Shown in pieces: positions 1 through 11,616 of a DNA stretch of 64,000 bases. The DNA comes from Selaginella moellendorffii (lineage: Eukaryota; Plantae; Lycopodiophyta). A program made the position numbers and the translations under genes. The stretch's first letter is position 1; every line of letters begins with the position of its first letter. Location of the stretch: NCBI RefSeq assembly GCF_000143415.4, contig NW_003314326.1, positions 620,001-684,000 of the forward strand, written 5' to 3'. The notes beneath the pieces are model-generated. The model saw nothing but the letters and a program-made list of their open reading frames with translations. It was not told the origin of the DNA and ran no database searches.

Positions 1-272
1 TAGGGCTGACTCAAAACGGCACGCCCGTCTCAGCGCGCCACGTGTGAGACGGAATATGCCACGGCACATCCCGCTAGCTCTTTCTTTTTTTTCCCCAGGA
101 ATAAAATAGAGGAGCGCAGGACACCGCTCCCTTCCAATCGTGAGGAGAGATCCCACGCTCGATCGCTCAATTGATCGCGGGCGGCGCATGCAGCAGCGAT
201 CCGGGGCACGGATCGACGAATTCGACGCGGCTGTAGGTCAAATTTCGCGGCGACAGGGTTGAATCGGGCAGG

Positions 273-1500
273 ATGAGCTACCAGGACTTGGATTTGGAGC
301 GCGGCTACCCGGCCAGGAAGGGCGATGTGCTGAATGGGGGCCAGGATCCAAGCCAGGCGGTGGCGTCGGGGGTTTTCCAGATCAACACGGCCGTGATGAG
401 CTATACGAGGCTCATGAACCAGCTCGGCACTGCCAAGGACACGCCGGAGCTGCGAACAAAGATGTGAGTGGAATTCTGGAATTCTTCTTCCACGTACAAA
501 CCTTTTTTTTTTTTTTTTGTTCTTTCTTTCATCCATAGGCACAAGATGAGGCAACACATATCACATTTGATCAAGGAGACGGCCGCGAAGCTCAAGGCTG
601 TCAATGAGACCGATCGCACACAGCCAGTCAGTGTAAGTGGGATCTATCTCTTTGTTCTTCTTGTTCCTTCTCGGGTTTTTTCTTTCCATGGTGGAACTTA
701 AGAGATATGCGTTGTGGTGTTCTAGGCCTCGACGAAAATGAAGGATGCGAAGCTTGCCAAGGATTTCCAGAGGGTTTTGCAGACGTTTGAGCAGGCCCAA
801 AAGATTAGCAAGGAGCGGCAGACTGTGTATGCGCCATTGGTTCCTGAAGTGCTTGGAATGGAAGGGTATGTTTTTCCTCGTCTTTCTGCTTTCTCGAAAG
901 CTGGCTGATGGTGTTCTTGTTTTCTTCGTTCCAGCGCCAGTCCGGATGATGAACGTCGAATTCTACTCGCCGAGCAGAGACGGTGAGAAGATCCAAACTT
1001 GTTTCCAAGTACCTTGTACTGATCTTTCTTTTGAAAATACGCAGGCAGGAAGTGTTGCAACTAGACAACGAGGTTACTTTTAACGAGGCCGTGATTGAAG
1101 AGAGAGCGCAAGGCATCAGAGAAGTCCAGGAACAAATCGAGGAAGTGCACGAGATCTTCAAGGATCTTGCGGTAATGGTACATGAGCAGGGTGGAACAAT
1201 CGGTAAGCTTATCGTTTTTGTCTTCTCCCTTCCATAACATTTCTTTACGTCGTTGCTTCGCCAGAGGAGATTGATTCCCACGTAGAGAACAGTTACGCTG
1301 CTACAGCGCAAGCGAATAAGCAACTCTCAAAGGCTTCGAAGAGCCAAAAGTCCGGCAATACTTTGGTAAGAGAGAATCTCTCCATTCTCTCTTCTCATCT
1401 ACGTTCTTATGTTCCTCGTGCCTTTGTTTTGCAGAGCTGTTTGCTCATGGTTATTTTTGCGGTGGCTCTGGTGATTGTGATAATCGTGCTCGCGGCATGA
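273..1500 (+). CDS. Syntaxin, SYP2-type (SYP21/22-like) Qa-SNARE; multi-exon
   Basis: Exons joined at GT-AG introns give [11 protein letters not shown]...[12 protein letters not shown], then [12 protein letters not shown], the SNARE motif [43 protein letters not shown], and a C-terminal TM helix [20 protein letters not shown] ending at TGA 1498-1500. Confidence 0.9.
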
Positions 1501-1728
1501 GCAAGAGAAAAAGGATGAACATTCAAGCTCATCCCATCAAAAAATTCTTATAGGTATATAGAAAAGTATGATACTGATTTGCTTCTGTAGCGGGCCTTGT
1601 ACATGGGAGTTTCAAAGAGAACACCGAGAGCTAGTGTAATTACATTCATCTATTTATTCTTCTTACAAGCATTGATTGGGTGTGTTTTGATCGATCTATG
1701 GACGCTGGAAATAAAAAAAACTATGATC

Positions 1729-4453
1729 TCAAACTTGGAGAAGTTTGCGAGCTTCACTCTCGACGTTGTCTACCGTGAAGCCAAATTTCTTGAACACGTC
1801 CAGGTAAGCTCCACTCTTTCCAAACGAGTTCACCGCAAGAACCCGGCCATGGAATCCAACGTACTCTCTCCATCCAACCGGCGAGCCAGCCTCCACGCTC
1901 AATCTCTTCTTCACGCTCCTCGGAAGAATCTCGTCCTTGTACTCGACCGGCTGCTCGTCGAACAGCTCCCAGCTAACCAGCGACACCACTCGTACCTTAA
2001 ATCCATCGCTTCGCAGCTTCTCGGCCGCTCCCTCGCACAGGCATAGCTCGGAGCCTGTTCCGATGATAATGAGCTCGGGATCGCTGCCGCTGGAGGAATT
2101 GTCGCTGACGACGTAGCCTCCCTTCTCAACTTTGTCAGCCGAAGTTCCTGCTACGTGAGCCTGGACTTTCTGCCTGGAGAGTGCGATCACGGTCGGGCCT
2201 GAATCTCGTCTTCTCACTGCCACTTGGTATGCTCCGCTGGTTTCGTTGCCATCAGCCGGGCGTAGAACGACCAAGTTTGGGATCGCTCGAAGTCCCACGA
2301 GCTGTTCTACTGGCTGGTGCGTCGGACCATCTTCACCCAGGCCGATGGAGTCGTGCGTGCAAATGTAGATCACGCCGGCTCGGCTGAGAGCTGAGAGCCT
2401 CATGGCGTGTTTCATGTAGTCGCTGAAGGCTAGGAACGTTGCCGCGAACGGGATGAGACCGCTAGAGTGGAGAGACAGGCCGTTGGAGATCGCTGCCATT
2501 GCGTGCTCACGAATTCCATAGCGGACGTTTCTTCCCCACGGAGTCTTGTGTTGGAAATCATCGTAGTCTTTGAGATAGGCCTTGTTTGATGATGCTAAGT
2601 CTGCACTGCCGCCAATCAGTCCAGGAATCACAGTAGATAATGCGTTGAGACATTTCTCCGAGTAGCTTCGGGTGGCGTCCACAGGATCTGATTGAGACCA
2701 TGTCTATAAAACAAACAAAAACGTGAGACAAAAAATAAAACTACTAAGTGAAGAGAAACACAAAAAACTTACCGGTAAGACTTTTTCCCATCCCTCGGAA
2801 ATGATATTTCCAAGAAGCTGTTTGAACTCGTTGGCCTCGTTAGGAAATTCCTGCTCGTACTTGGCAAGCTCTATGTTCCACTCCTCTTCTATGCATTCTG
2901 CTTCCTTGGCCTTTTTCTTGAACTCCCTGGAACGAAGCTTAGTCAAGACGGAATGAAGATACTCGACTTACTCGTAAACCGTGGGTACGACATAGAAAGG
3001 CTCTCTTCCCTCCCAACTAAGAGCCGCTTTGATGCCTTTCACGTCTTCTTCGTCAAAAGTTCCGTGATGTGCTTTAGAAGTTCCTTGTTTCTTAGAAGGA
3101 AAACCGATTGAAGACTTTACCTGAACAAATGCGGCTTAGCAAACGAAAGCAATAAGCATTCTCACGATACTCTACCTGGATTAATGTTGGTTTCTCAGTT
3201 TCCGCGAAAGCTTCGTCTAGAGCTTTAACAAACTTTCCAGGATGCTCGTGGATATCTTCCACAAGAATCGTTTGCCATCCTAGAGCCCTGTATCTGCCAG
3301 CCACATCCTCCGAGAACGCAAGCTCTGTATCACCATCAATCGTATTATGATTGTCATCGTAAATGACTGTGAGCTTGTCGAGTTTCCAGTGCCCGGCTAA
3401 TGAAGCTGATTCGTTTGAAATGCCCTCCATAGCACATCCATCTCCCATAATGCAAAACCTGTAAAAATGATGTTTGTGATAAGATCCACGAGTTGTTGCC
3501 TTACGTTCTGTGGTTAACAATATCATGTCCCGGTTTATTGAATCGAGCTGCTAGATGACGTTCCGCTAACGCTAGTCCCACAGCATTTGCTACTCCTTGT
3601 CCAAGAGGACCTATAAACCAAAGAAGAAGAAGCAAGAAATCAATAGCATCAAACCAGACTGAAAAAAATCATACCAGTTGTTACTTCGATACCAGCAGTC
3701 TCAGAATTTTCTGGGTGGCCTGGAGTACGTGCTCCAAACTTACACAAGCGTTTCAAGTCCTCCATCTAAGAAGAAACAATCGCAGGCTAAGAACAAACAA
3801 GAAAGAAAGAAAGAAAAACCTCAAACCTGGACAGATTCAAAGCCTGCTAGATGAAGACATATGTACTGAAGAAGGCAGCCATGGCCAGCGCTAAGAACGA
3901 AGCGATCGCGATTAAACCATCCAGGATTTCCCGGATTGTATTTCATCACCTTCCTGTAGAGCGTGAATCCAACCTCGGCCATTCCCAGCGGCATTCCTGG
4001 ATGCCCAGCCTTGGCATTGTTGACGGCATCCACCACAAGCATGCGCATATTTTGGACGCATCGTCGATCGATCTGTTCCTGGAGCCATTCCTTGTCGCGA
4101 GCGCGTCCATTAGCCTTGTATTCATCCCACACCCTTGATCCAAGCATCATCCTCAGCTCATCCTCCCACACCTCCACAGACCCTAGCTCCGATTCTTCCC
4201 GGAATTCCTCCCTCGCTGTGTCCACGGATCTATCGTGCGTCTGCCCCGGCTCGAGATCGAGCGCCGTGGATTTCCGGATGGACTCCTTGACCTGATCCCT
4301 CTGCTGGGACGAGGCGCGAACCTGGAGATGGAGAAACCTGTGCCTGTGAGCTCCCGCCGGCGATCGAGCGAGAAGAAAGCGCCCGGCCCTGGCATTGTAA
4401 ATCGAGGACGAAATCGAGAGAGAGCCCGTCGATGATGCTGTGAGGGACGCCAT
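1729..4453 (-). CDS. Plastid transketolase; multi-exon
   Basis: Ser/Ala/Arg-rich transit-peptide-like start [11 protein letters not shown] at ATG 4453. Motifs [20 protein letters not shown], the ThDP motif GDGCAMEG...N, GIREHAM and [20 protein letters not shown]. Confidence 0.95.
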
Positions 4454-4689
4454 TGCTGCTCTCTCGAGCATGAAAGACCTTCCATTTGAAATATAGGGCT
4501 TTAACAACAAACGTGGCAAGAGCCAACAAGGCCAAGTGGCAGCCGCGCGTCCAAAGTACATATTCACTGGTTATGACTACCATAACTATGTTTACTTTAA
4601 ATATGTTTAAAAATATTTAAGTTGTTTAATTTTTAAAAAATAAAAATAAAAAATTTTAAATAATTCTTTGTTAATCCCAAAACTAATAA

Positions 4690-4765
4690 GTATTATGATT
4701 ATGATTATTAGTATTATTATTATTAAAAGTCCAGAAGAAAGAATCAGATAGTAAGCATATTATTA

Positions 4766-4802
<37 letters not shown>

Positions 4803-4810
4803 CATTATTA
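4690..4810. repeat. Imperfect (TAT)n microsatellite
   Basis: Runs of tattattat immediately downstream of BURP copy 1; a shorter version sits at about 9308-9322 in the duplicate. Confidence 0.8.
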
Positions 4811-4826
4811 GCTTTTTTAGATACAA

Positions 4827-6877
4827 TCAAGCATAGACAGTGGCAGTGGGAACGAACATAATGACCGTTTCCACAAACCAGTGACAAACATAAGTCTTAC
4901 CCATCTTGTGGCACAGAACGTTTGGAGTGAGCTCCATGCCACTGCTGGTCTTCACATTTACTTTGGAAGCGCTGGTGCTACTCACCTTGTGACAGAAGTA
5001 GACTTTGTATGGAAACATAGTTGTGTGGCAGACGACCATAAGGGTGTCGCCTTTCGTGATGGGCTTGACCTCGCCAAGCTTGATAGTTTTTCCAACCTCG
5101 GCCGCGAAAGCCTTGCTTCCTGTCACCATGGTAATCTCTACAGGGCCAAGGGTGGAGGTGACGAACTCGGCCATTTCTTCCATGGAAGCCACACACTTCA
5201 TCTTCCCCCCAGCATTGTCATTGCAGAGTTCCAGAGTGAAGGCCATCTTTCTTGCCAGTGGAGACTCCTTTGGGACGTTAAACTCTTTCAAGTAAGAGTC
5301 AAGGCTCCGCTTACCGAAGTTTGTGTGCTTAGCCATTGCGTTTGGCAGGAGTGCCCGTGGAGGATAAGTGTCACGGATGTTTGGGAGGACACTTTCAGTT
5401 CCTGTCAAGATTTTCCACAAGTACGAGTAAATAAGTTTGCAAAAGGAATGTTTGGACTTACCGTTTCTCTGTCGGAGTTCTTCCAGTGTGAAGAAGTGAT
5501 GGAGCATTCCAGGGGAGCATTTCGCTATTAAGGCTTTGATGGTTGGCCAGTCCATAGAGTGCAGTGACTTCCTTCCTCCATAACCCTCTTCCTCGTACTC
5601 AGTAAAAATCTGGATCAAATACAGCGGCATGTTCTTCTTGCAACTAGTGCTTGGTTTGACAGAAGCATCGCCAAAGTGAGCATTTCCTCCTAATCCGTGG
5701 TCACCAAAGTGAGCATTTCCACCTAGAGAAGCATCACCAAAGTGAGCATTTACGCCTAAACCATGGTCTTTGAAGTCCCCAAAGTGAGCATTGCCACCCA
5801 AACTTTGGTCTTTGAAGTCACCAAAGTGAGCATTACCACCCAAACCATGATCTTTGAAATCGCCGAAGTGCGCGTTGCCACCCAAACCATGGTCTTTGAA
5901 GTCCCCAAAATGAGCATTGCCACCCAAACTTTGGTCTTTGAAGTCACCAAAGTGAGCATTACCACCCAAACCATGATCTTTGAAGTCACCAAAGTGAGCA
6001 TTACCACCCAAACCATGATCTTTGAAATCGCCGAAGTGCGCGTTGCCACCCAAACCATGGTCTTTGAAGTCCCCAAAATGAGCATTGCCACCCAAACTTT
6101 GGTCTTTGAAGTCACCAAAGTGAGCATTACCACCCAAACCATGATCTTTGAAATCGCCGAAGTGCGCGTTGCCACCCAAACCATGGTCTTTGAAATCGCC
6201 AAAATGGGCGTTGCCACCCAATGACCCATGGTCTTTGAAATCGCCAAAGTGGGCATTGCCACCCAAGTCATGGTCTTTGAAGTCGCCGAAGTGTGCATCT
6301 CCACCCAATGATCCGTGGTCTTTGAAGTCACCAAAGTGCGTATTTCCACCCAATCCAGTGTCACCAAAGTGAGCATTTCCGCCAAGCCCGTGATCCTTAC
6401 GAAAGTCACCAAAGTGAGCGTTTCCACCCAGAGCTCCATGATCTTTGAAGTCACCAAAGTGTGCATTGCCGCCAAGATCTCTGGCTTCCAGCGAGCGTAC
6501 ACGGTCATGGAAGTCACCAAAGTGAGCATTCCCTCCGAGCTTGCTTGCTGCAAGGGCGGTCTTCTCTGCAGCATCGCCAAAGTGGGCATTGCCTCCATGC
6601 CTTCCGTAAGGATGACAAAAAAGTCCTGCACGGTGGCAAAGCTTTGCATCGGCCGTGAAAACGCCTCTTCTCATCTGCTCGCCGAAGCGAGCCGATTCGA
6701 ATGCCCCCAGAGGCGAGGCTTCATCGGCGAAACTCGTGGAGATTATGTCACTGCATTCGGAAAGCTGCCAAACAGGAATCCCCAGCTTTAATAACGATTG
6801 AACGATATAAGTTGGAAAGAACTACTTACAAGGAGAGACGAGAAGAGAAGAGATAGGCCGAGCGCAAGGCGATCCAT
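4827..6877 (-). CDS. Secreted BURP-domain protein with 22 (L)GGNAHFGD repeats, copy 1; PG1beta-like, candidate fused burpitide precursor/cyclase
   Basis: Exon 1 6877-6830 encodes MDRLALGLSLLFSSLL. A GTAAGT..AG intron (6829-6765) joins exon 2 at 6764 (LSECSD...), in frame with ORF 4827-6674. A 60-nt in-frame intron lies at 5461-5402. The BURP domain starts at FF (about 5495) and has CH-x10-CH-x25-CH-x7-CHW. Confidence 0.92.
5667..6596 (-). repeat. Coding tandem repeat, 22 units, mostly 42 bp (LGGNAHFGDFKDHG)
   Basis: 22 GGNAHFGD-type units counted in the translation (variants GGNTHFGD, GGDAHFGD, GVNAHFGD). Spacers are FKDHG, FKDQS, TG, AS or HG. Confidence 0.95.
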
Positions 6878-7124
6878 GGTCTTGCGATGGGGCTGGAAGC
6901 CAGAATTTATTGATCGTAGTCTCACTGTGCAAGTAAAGAGACAGATATCTTTCAAGCCTCCGTGGCTTTAACTCTTTTGTCCGGGAGCGTGAATTATAGA
7001 GGAAGAATTCAATTTAGAATTGCATGTTGAAACTTTTGCTAAAACTCTTTATAATTGCATTGATTAATTGATCGATTTTGGAGATAAGGACCCGCACCAA
7101 CTTTCGGGCCGGACGAATTCTCGC

Positions 7125-8240
7125 AGAATTTTCAAGATAATTATTTAATCTAATTAATTTGTATTAAGGTTGGGACTACTTCTTCTTCCGCAATTGATCC
7201 ATTACCAGCACTGGCTGATATTGCCAAGGTAAAAATACATTTTCTAGTTATTGAATGTTTTATTAATTTCCAAGAGACGGGAATGTGGGATGTGGTTCCA
7301 TGTTGATGCAGCTTATGCTGGTAATGCCTGCATTTGTCCAGAATTTCGACATTTTTTAAATGGTGTTGAAAATGCCCACTCTTTTAATCTAAGTGCAAAT
7401 AAGTGGCTTCTTACCAATATTGACTGTTCCATACTTTGGCTGAAGGTTTGATCTTTTACAAACGTTACAATCAATTTTTAATATACTCTTACAGGACTCT
7501 AAGCAGCTATCTTCGACACTTTCAACATTAACAAACATACAGGTATGAGTTCTTAAATCTACTCTTTTTCATAGTTCAATTCAGTCTCGGGTGGTAAATT
7601 TCAAAGATGGCAAGTTGCTCAAGGAAGACGATTTAGGTAAGTGCGAATAATTCTTTTTCCTTTGACATGGGATACTCTTTTCCAATCTTTAAAGCTGTGG
7701 TTTGTGATGCGCTTGTATGGAGCCTCGGGACTTCGTAGCCACATAAGAACTCACATAAACCATGCTAAGCATTTCGAGATCCTTGTGCCAGAGGACTCTC
7801 GCTTTGAGGTATAACTCGTGAGAGTTCTCTAAAATTGTGAGACCATGATCTACGTTTGTGAGTTGCCAGTCTTAGCACCATGTCGATTTGGTCTCGTTTG
7901 CTTCAGGCTCAAACCAAGTGTAAAACAGTAAGGGCCAACAGCGTCGAGCGCCGTCAGGTGGTCGAAGATTGGAATAGACACTCGGAGAGATCTCTGTGAA
8001 GATAACGGATGGAAACTGAACTGTTTGCTTCTGGAAACTGTTAACTCTGGGGGAAAGATTTTCATGACACACACTGTAAGAAGCTCTCAAGCTATAGTGA
8101 AATGGGACTATAACCGATTTATCCTCAGGTACTCTCGGGCGTGTATACATTGAATGTCAATTGGTGGCACGCAGACTAAACGTGAAAATGTTGATGGTGC
8201 GTGGAAGATAATCCGCACAAAACTTGTTAGATCAAGATTA
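7125..8240 (+). pseudogene. 5'-truncated duplicate of the AADC-like gene
   Basis: Near-identical to about 12585-13680 but lacks the 5' exons. Broken acceptors (gacgg for gacag; ttccaa for ttcag), a frameshift in KDWQ (aaagatgg), and a 69-bp insertion at 7928-7996. Confidence 0.9.
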
Positions 8241-8335
8241 ATAAGACCAGGTTATAATATCAAGATAATATCCTTGTGCATTTAAGAATAATAATTAACT
8301 AAGAAAACCTAGCTTTTAAAATGGTGAAAATCCAC

Positions 8336-9187
8336 GTGTGAGAAAGGGGCGAGTCTCGGAAGAGTTCTAGATGTGGTGACTAGGTATGTTTTTCTCTTTT
8401 CCTTTGTATCCGTTCCAGGTACTAGGGTCGCCAGGCAGCAGCATTGCCCGAGCAAGAGGGCTGTAGAAAGATCGGGGATCAAGCAGCCAAAGAAAAACTA
8501 TAACCAGGCTATATTTCTCAAGATTGTCTCCCAGGATCGCCAGGAGCTTTTCAGGAAGCAATGCGGAGAGCCCATCATCAAGAAATCCATTGAGAAGAGG
8601 GAATTTTTGCTAGGAAACCATTTGAACTGGAGAACACACATAACTGTGGTTTTTGCTGGCGCGGTTTTGCTTGCAACACCTGCGTTTGCGGCCGATGCTC
8701 TCAAGACATGTTCCTGTCTTCTCAAAGAATGCTGGTAATTTTATTCTTCTCTTTTGTCCTTCAAGAAAGATGAGTTTTTTTTTTCTTCCCTAGATTGGAG
8801 CCTGCTTGATGTATTGCAGATCCTTCGTGTGGTGCCAATGTTGCGTGCTTGCAAACTTGTAATGATTGACCTAACAAGACTGAGTGCCAAGTAAGTCTCT
8901 AGATTTTGTGTAAAACTTCTTTTGGATTGATCGACCATTGTGATTCACAAATACTTTCAGATAAAATGCAGAAACATTTTCGAAAACAAGGTGGTGGATA
9001 ATTGAGTGGTGAAAATGCAGAGACATTTTCAAGAACAAGGTGGTGGACGAATTCAACGATTGTGCAGTGAGCTGCAAGAGCTGCATCCCGCAGAAGAAAG
9101 ACGAGTGGCATTTCCGAGTCCCGCCACCCTCGGCACTTGTCCAGAGCTTCAACACCACGAAGTTTACTGGGAAATGGTTCATCTCCA
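8336..9187 (+). pseudogene. Truncated duplicate of violaxanthin de-epoxidase
   Basis: [14 protein letters not shown] and later exons resemble 13800-14647, with frameshifts and an internal duplication. Ends abruptly after GKWFIS at the duplication junction. Confidence 0.9.
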
Positions 9188-9326
9188 AATGTGTTTAAAA
9201 TAATGAAGTTGTTTAATATTTAAAATATTTATTTACAACTTATCAAGACGTTAAAAAAAAAGTAATATAATTTCAAATATTTTTTGTTGTTAACCCCAAA
9301 GCCAATAAGTATTATTATTATTACAA

Positions 9327-11379
9327 TCAAGCATAAACAGTGGCAATGGGAACGAACATAATGACCGTTTCCACAAACCAGTGACAAACATAAGTCTTGC
9401 CCATCTTGTGGCACAGCACATTTGGAGTGAGCTCCATCCCACTGCTGGTCTTCACATTTACTTTGGAAGCGCTGGTGCTACTCACCTTGTGACAGAAGTA
9501 GACTTTGTATGGAAACATAGTTGTGTGGCAGACGACCATAAGAGTGTCGCCTTTCGTGATGGGCTTGACCTCGCCAAGCTTGATAGTTTTTCCAACCTCG
9601 GCCGCGAAAGCCTTGCTTCCTGTCACCATGGTAATCTCTACAGGGCCAAGGGTGGAGGTGACGAACTCGGCCATTTCTTCCATGGAAGCCACACACTTCA
9701 TCTTCCCCCCAGCATTGTCATTGCAGAGTTCCAGAGTGAAAGCCATTTTTCTTGCCAGTGGAGACTCCTTTGGGACGTTAAACTCTTTCAAGTAAGAGTC
9801 AAGGCTCCGCTTACCGAAGTTTGTGTGCTTAGCCATTGCACTTGGCAGGAGTGCCCGTGGAGGATAAGTGTCACGGATGTTTGGGAGGACACTTTCAGTT
9901 CCTGTCAAGATTTTCCACAAGTACGAGTAAATAAGTTTGCAAAAGGAATGTTTGGACTTACCGTTTCTCTGTCGGAGTTCTTCCAGTGTGAAGAAGTGAT
10001 GGAGCATTCCAGGGGAGCATTTCGCTATTAAGGCTTTGATGGTTGGCCAGTCCATAGAGTGCAGTGACTTCCTTCCTCCATAACCCTCTTCCTCGTACTC
10101 AGTAAAAATCTGGATCAAATACAGCGGCATGTTCTTCTTGCAACTAGTGCTTGGTTTGACAGAAGCATCGCCAAAGTGAGCATTTCCACCTAGTGAAGCA
10201 TCACCAAAGTGAGTGTTTCCACCTAAACCATGGTCTTTGAAGTCCCCAAAGTGAGCATTGCCACCTAAACCTTTGAAGTCTCTGAAATGAGCATTGTCAT
10301 GGTCCTTAAAGTCGCCAAAGTGAGCATTGCCACCCAAACTTTTGTCTTTGAAGTCACCAAAGTGGGCGTTACCACCCAAGCCATGGTCTTTAAAGTCGCC
10401 AAAGTGTGCATTTCCACCCAAACTTTGGTCTTTGAAGTCACCAAAGTGAGCATTACCACCCAAACCATGATCTTTGAAGTCGCCAAAGTGGGTATTACCA
10501 CCTAATGATCCATGGTCTTTAAAGTCTCTGAAATGTGCATTACCGCCACCCAAACCGTGGTCTTTGAAGTCGCCAAAGTGGGCGTTACCACCCAAGCCAT
10601 GGTCTTTCAAGTCGCCAAAGTGTGCATTTCCTCCTAAACCATGATCTTTGAAGTCACCAAAGTGAGCATTACCACCCAAACCATGATCTTTGAAGTCGCC
10701 AAAGTGGGCATTACCACCCAATGATCCATGGTCTTTGAAATCACCAAAGTGGGCATTGCCACCCAATCCATGGTCTAATTTAAAGTCGCCAAAGTGTGCA
10801 TTTCCACCCAATGATCCGTGGTCTTTGAAGTCACCAAAGTGCGCATTTCCACCCAATCCAGTGTCACCAAAGTGAGCATTTCCGCCAAGCCCGTGATCCT
10901 TATGAAAGTCACCAAAGTGAGCGTTTCCACCCAGAGCTCCATGATCTTTGAAGTCACCAAATTGTGCATTGCCGCCAAGATCTCTGGCTTCCAGCGAGCG
11001 TACACGGTCTTGGAAGTCACCAAAGTGAGCATTCCCTCCGAGCTTGCTTGCTGCAAGGGCGGTCTTCTCTGCAGCATCGCCAAAGTGGGCATTGCCTCCA
11101 TGCCTTCCATAAGGATGACAAAAAAATCCTGCACGGTGGCAAAGCTTTGCATCGGCCGTGAAAACGCCTCTTCTCATCTGCTCGCCGAAGCGAGCCGATT
11201 CGAATGCCCCCAGAGGCGAGGCTTCATTAGCGAAACTCGTGGAGATTATGTCACTGCATTCGGAAAGCTGCCAAACAGGAATCCAAGTTTTAATAAGGTT
11301 TGAACGACAGAAGTTGGAAAGAACTACTTACAAGGAGAGACGAGAAGAGAAGAGATAGGCCGAGCGCAAGTCGATCCAT
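9327..11379 (-). CDS. Secreted BURP-domain protein with 22 (L)GGNAHFGD repeats, copy 2; PG1beta-like, candidate fused burpitide precursor/cyclase
   Basis: Exon 1 11379-11332 (signal peptide), intron 11331-11268, exon 2 from 11267, and a 60-nt intron at 9961-9902. The BURP domain is almost identical to copy 1, with all four CH motifs. Confidence 0.92.
10167..11099 (-). repeat. Coding tandem repeat, 22 units (LGGNAHFGD plus spacer)
   Basis: 22 units counted; variants NAQFGD, NTHFGD and NAHFRD. Confidence 0.95.
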
Positions 11380-11616
11380 GGTCTTGCGATGGGGCTGGAA
11401 GCTAGAATTTATTGATCGTAGCCTCACTGTGCAAGAAAAGAGACATAGATTTTTCAAGCCTCCGTGGGGACAATTGCTTTAATGCTCTTTTGTCCGGGAT
11501 CGTGAATTATTGATCTTGGCTTTGTACATTTCTCGATTTGCAGATAAGGACCCGGCACCGACTATCGTGCTGGACGATCTCAACTAATCATGTCAGAACC
11601 CTAAACACCGACGTTG

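Noticed and set aside
5402-5461. KSKHSFCKLIYSYLWKILTG as part of the BURP protein
   Set aside because: It is a 60-nt GTAAGT..ACAG intron that happens to be stop-free; removing it restores the expected BURP spacing.
5667-6596. Regular 42-bp repeats as a CRISPR array or non-coding satellite
   Set aside because: There are no unique spacers or cas genes; variation is mostly synonymous within one long eukaryotic reading frame.
5756-6649. Alternative-frame and antisense repeat ORFs (e.g. 5756-6649, 5763-6224, 10287-10505)
   Set aside because: By-products of the in-frame repeat; they are not conserved in length between the two copies.
7928-7996. 69-bp insertion in the AADC pseudogene as a new intron or mobile element
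   Set aside because: It starts with GTAAG but has no AG acceptor, TIRs or TSD; its origin cannot be determined.
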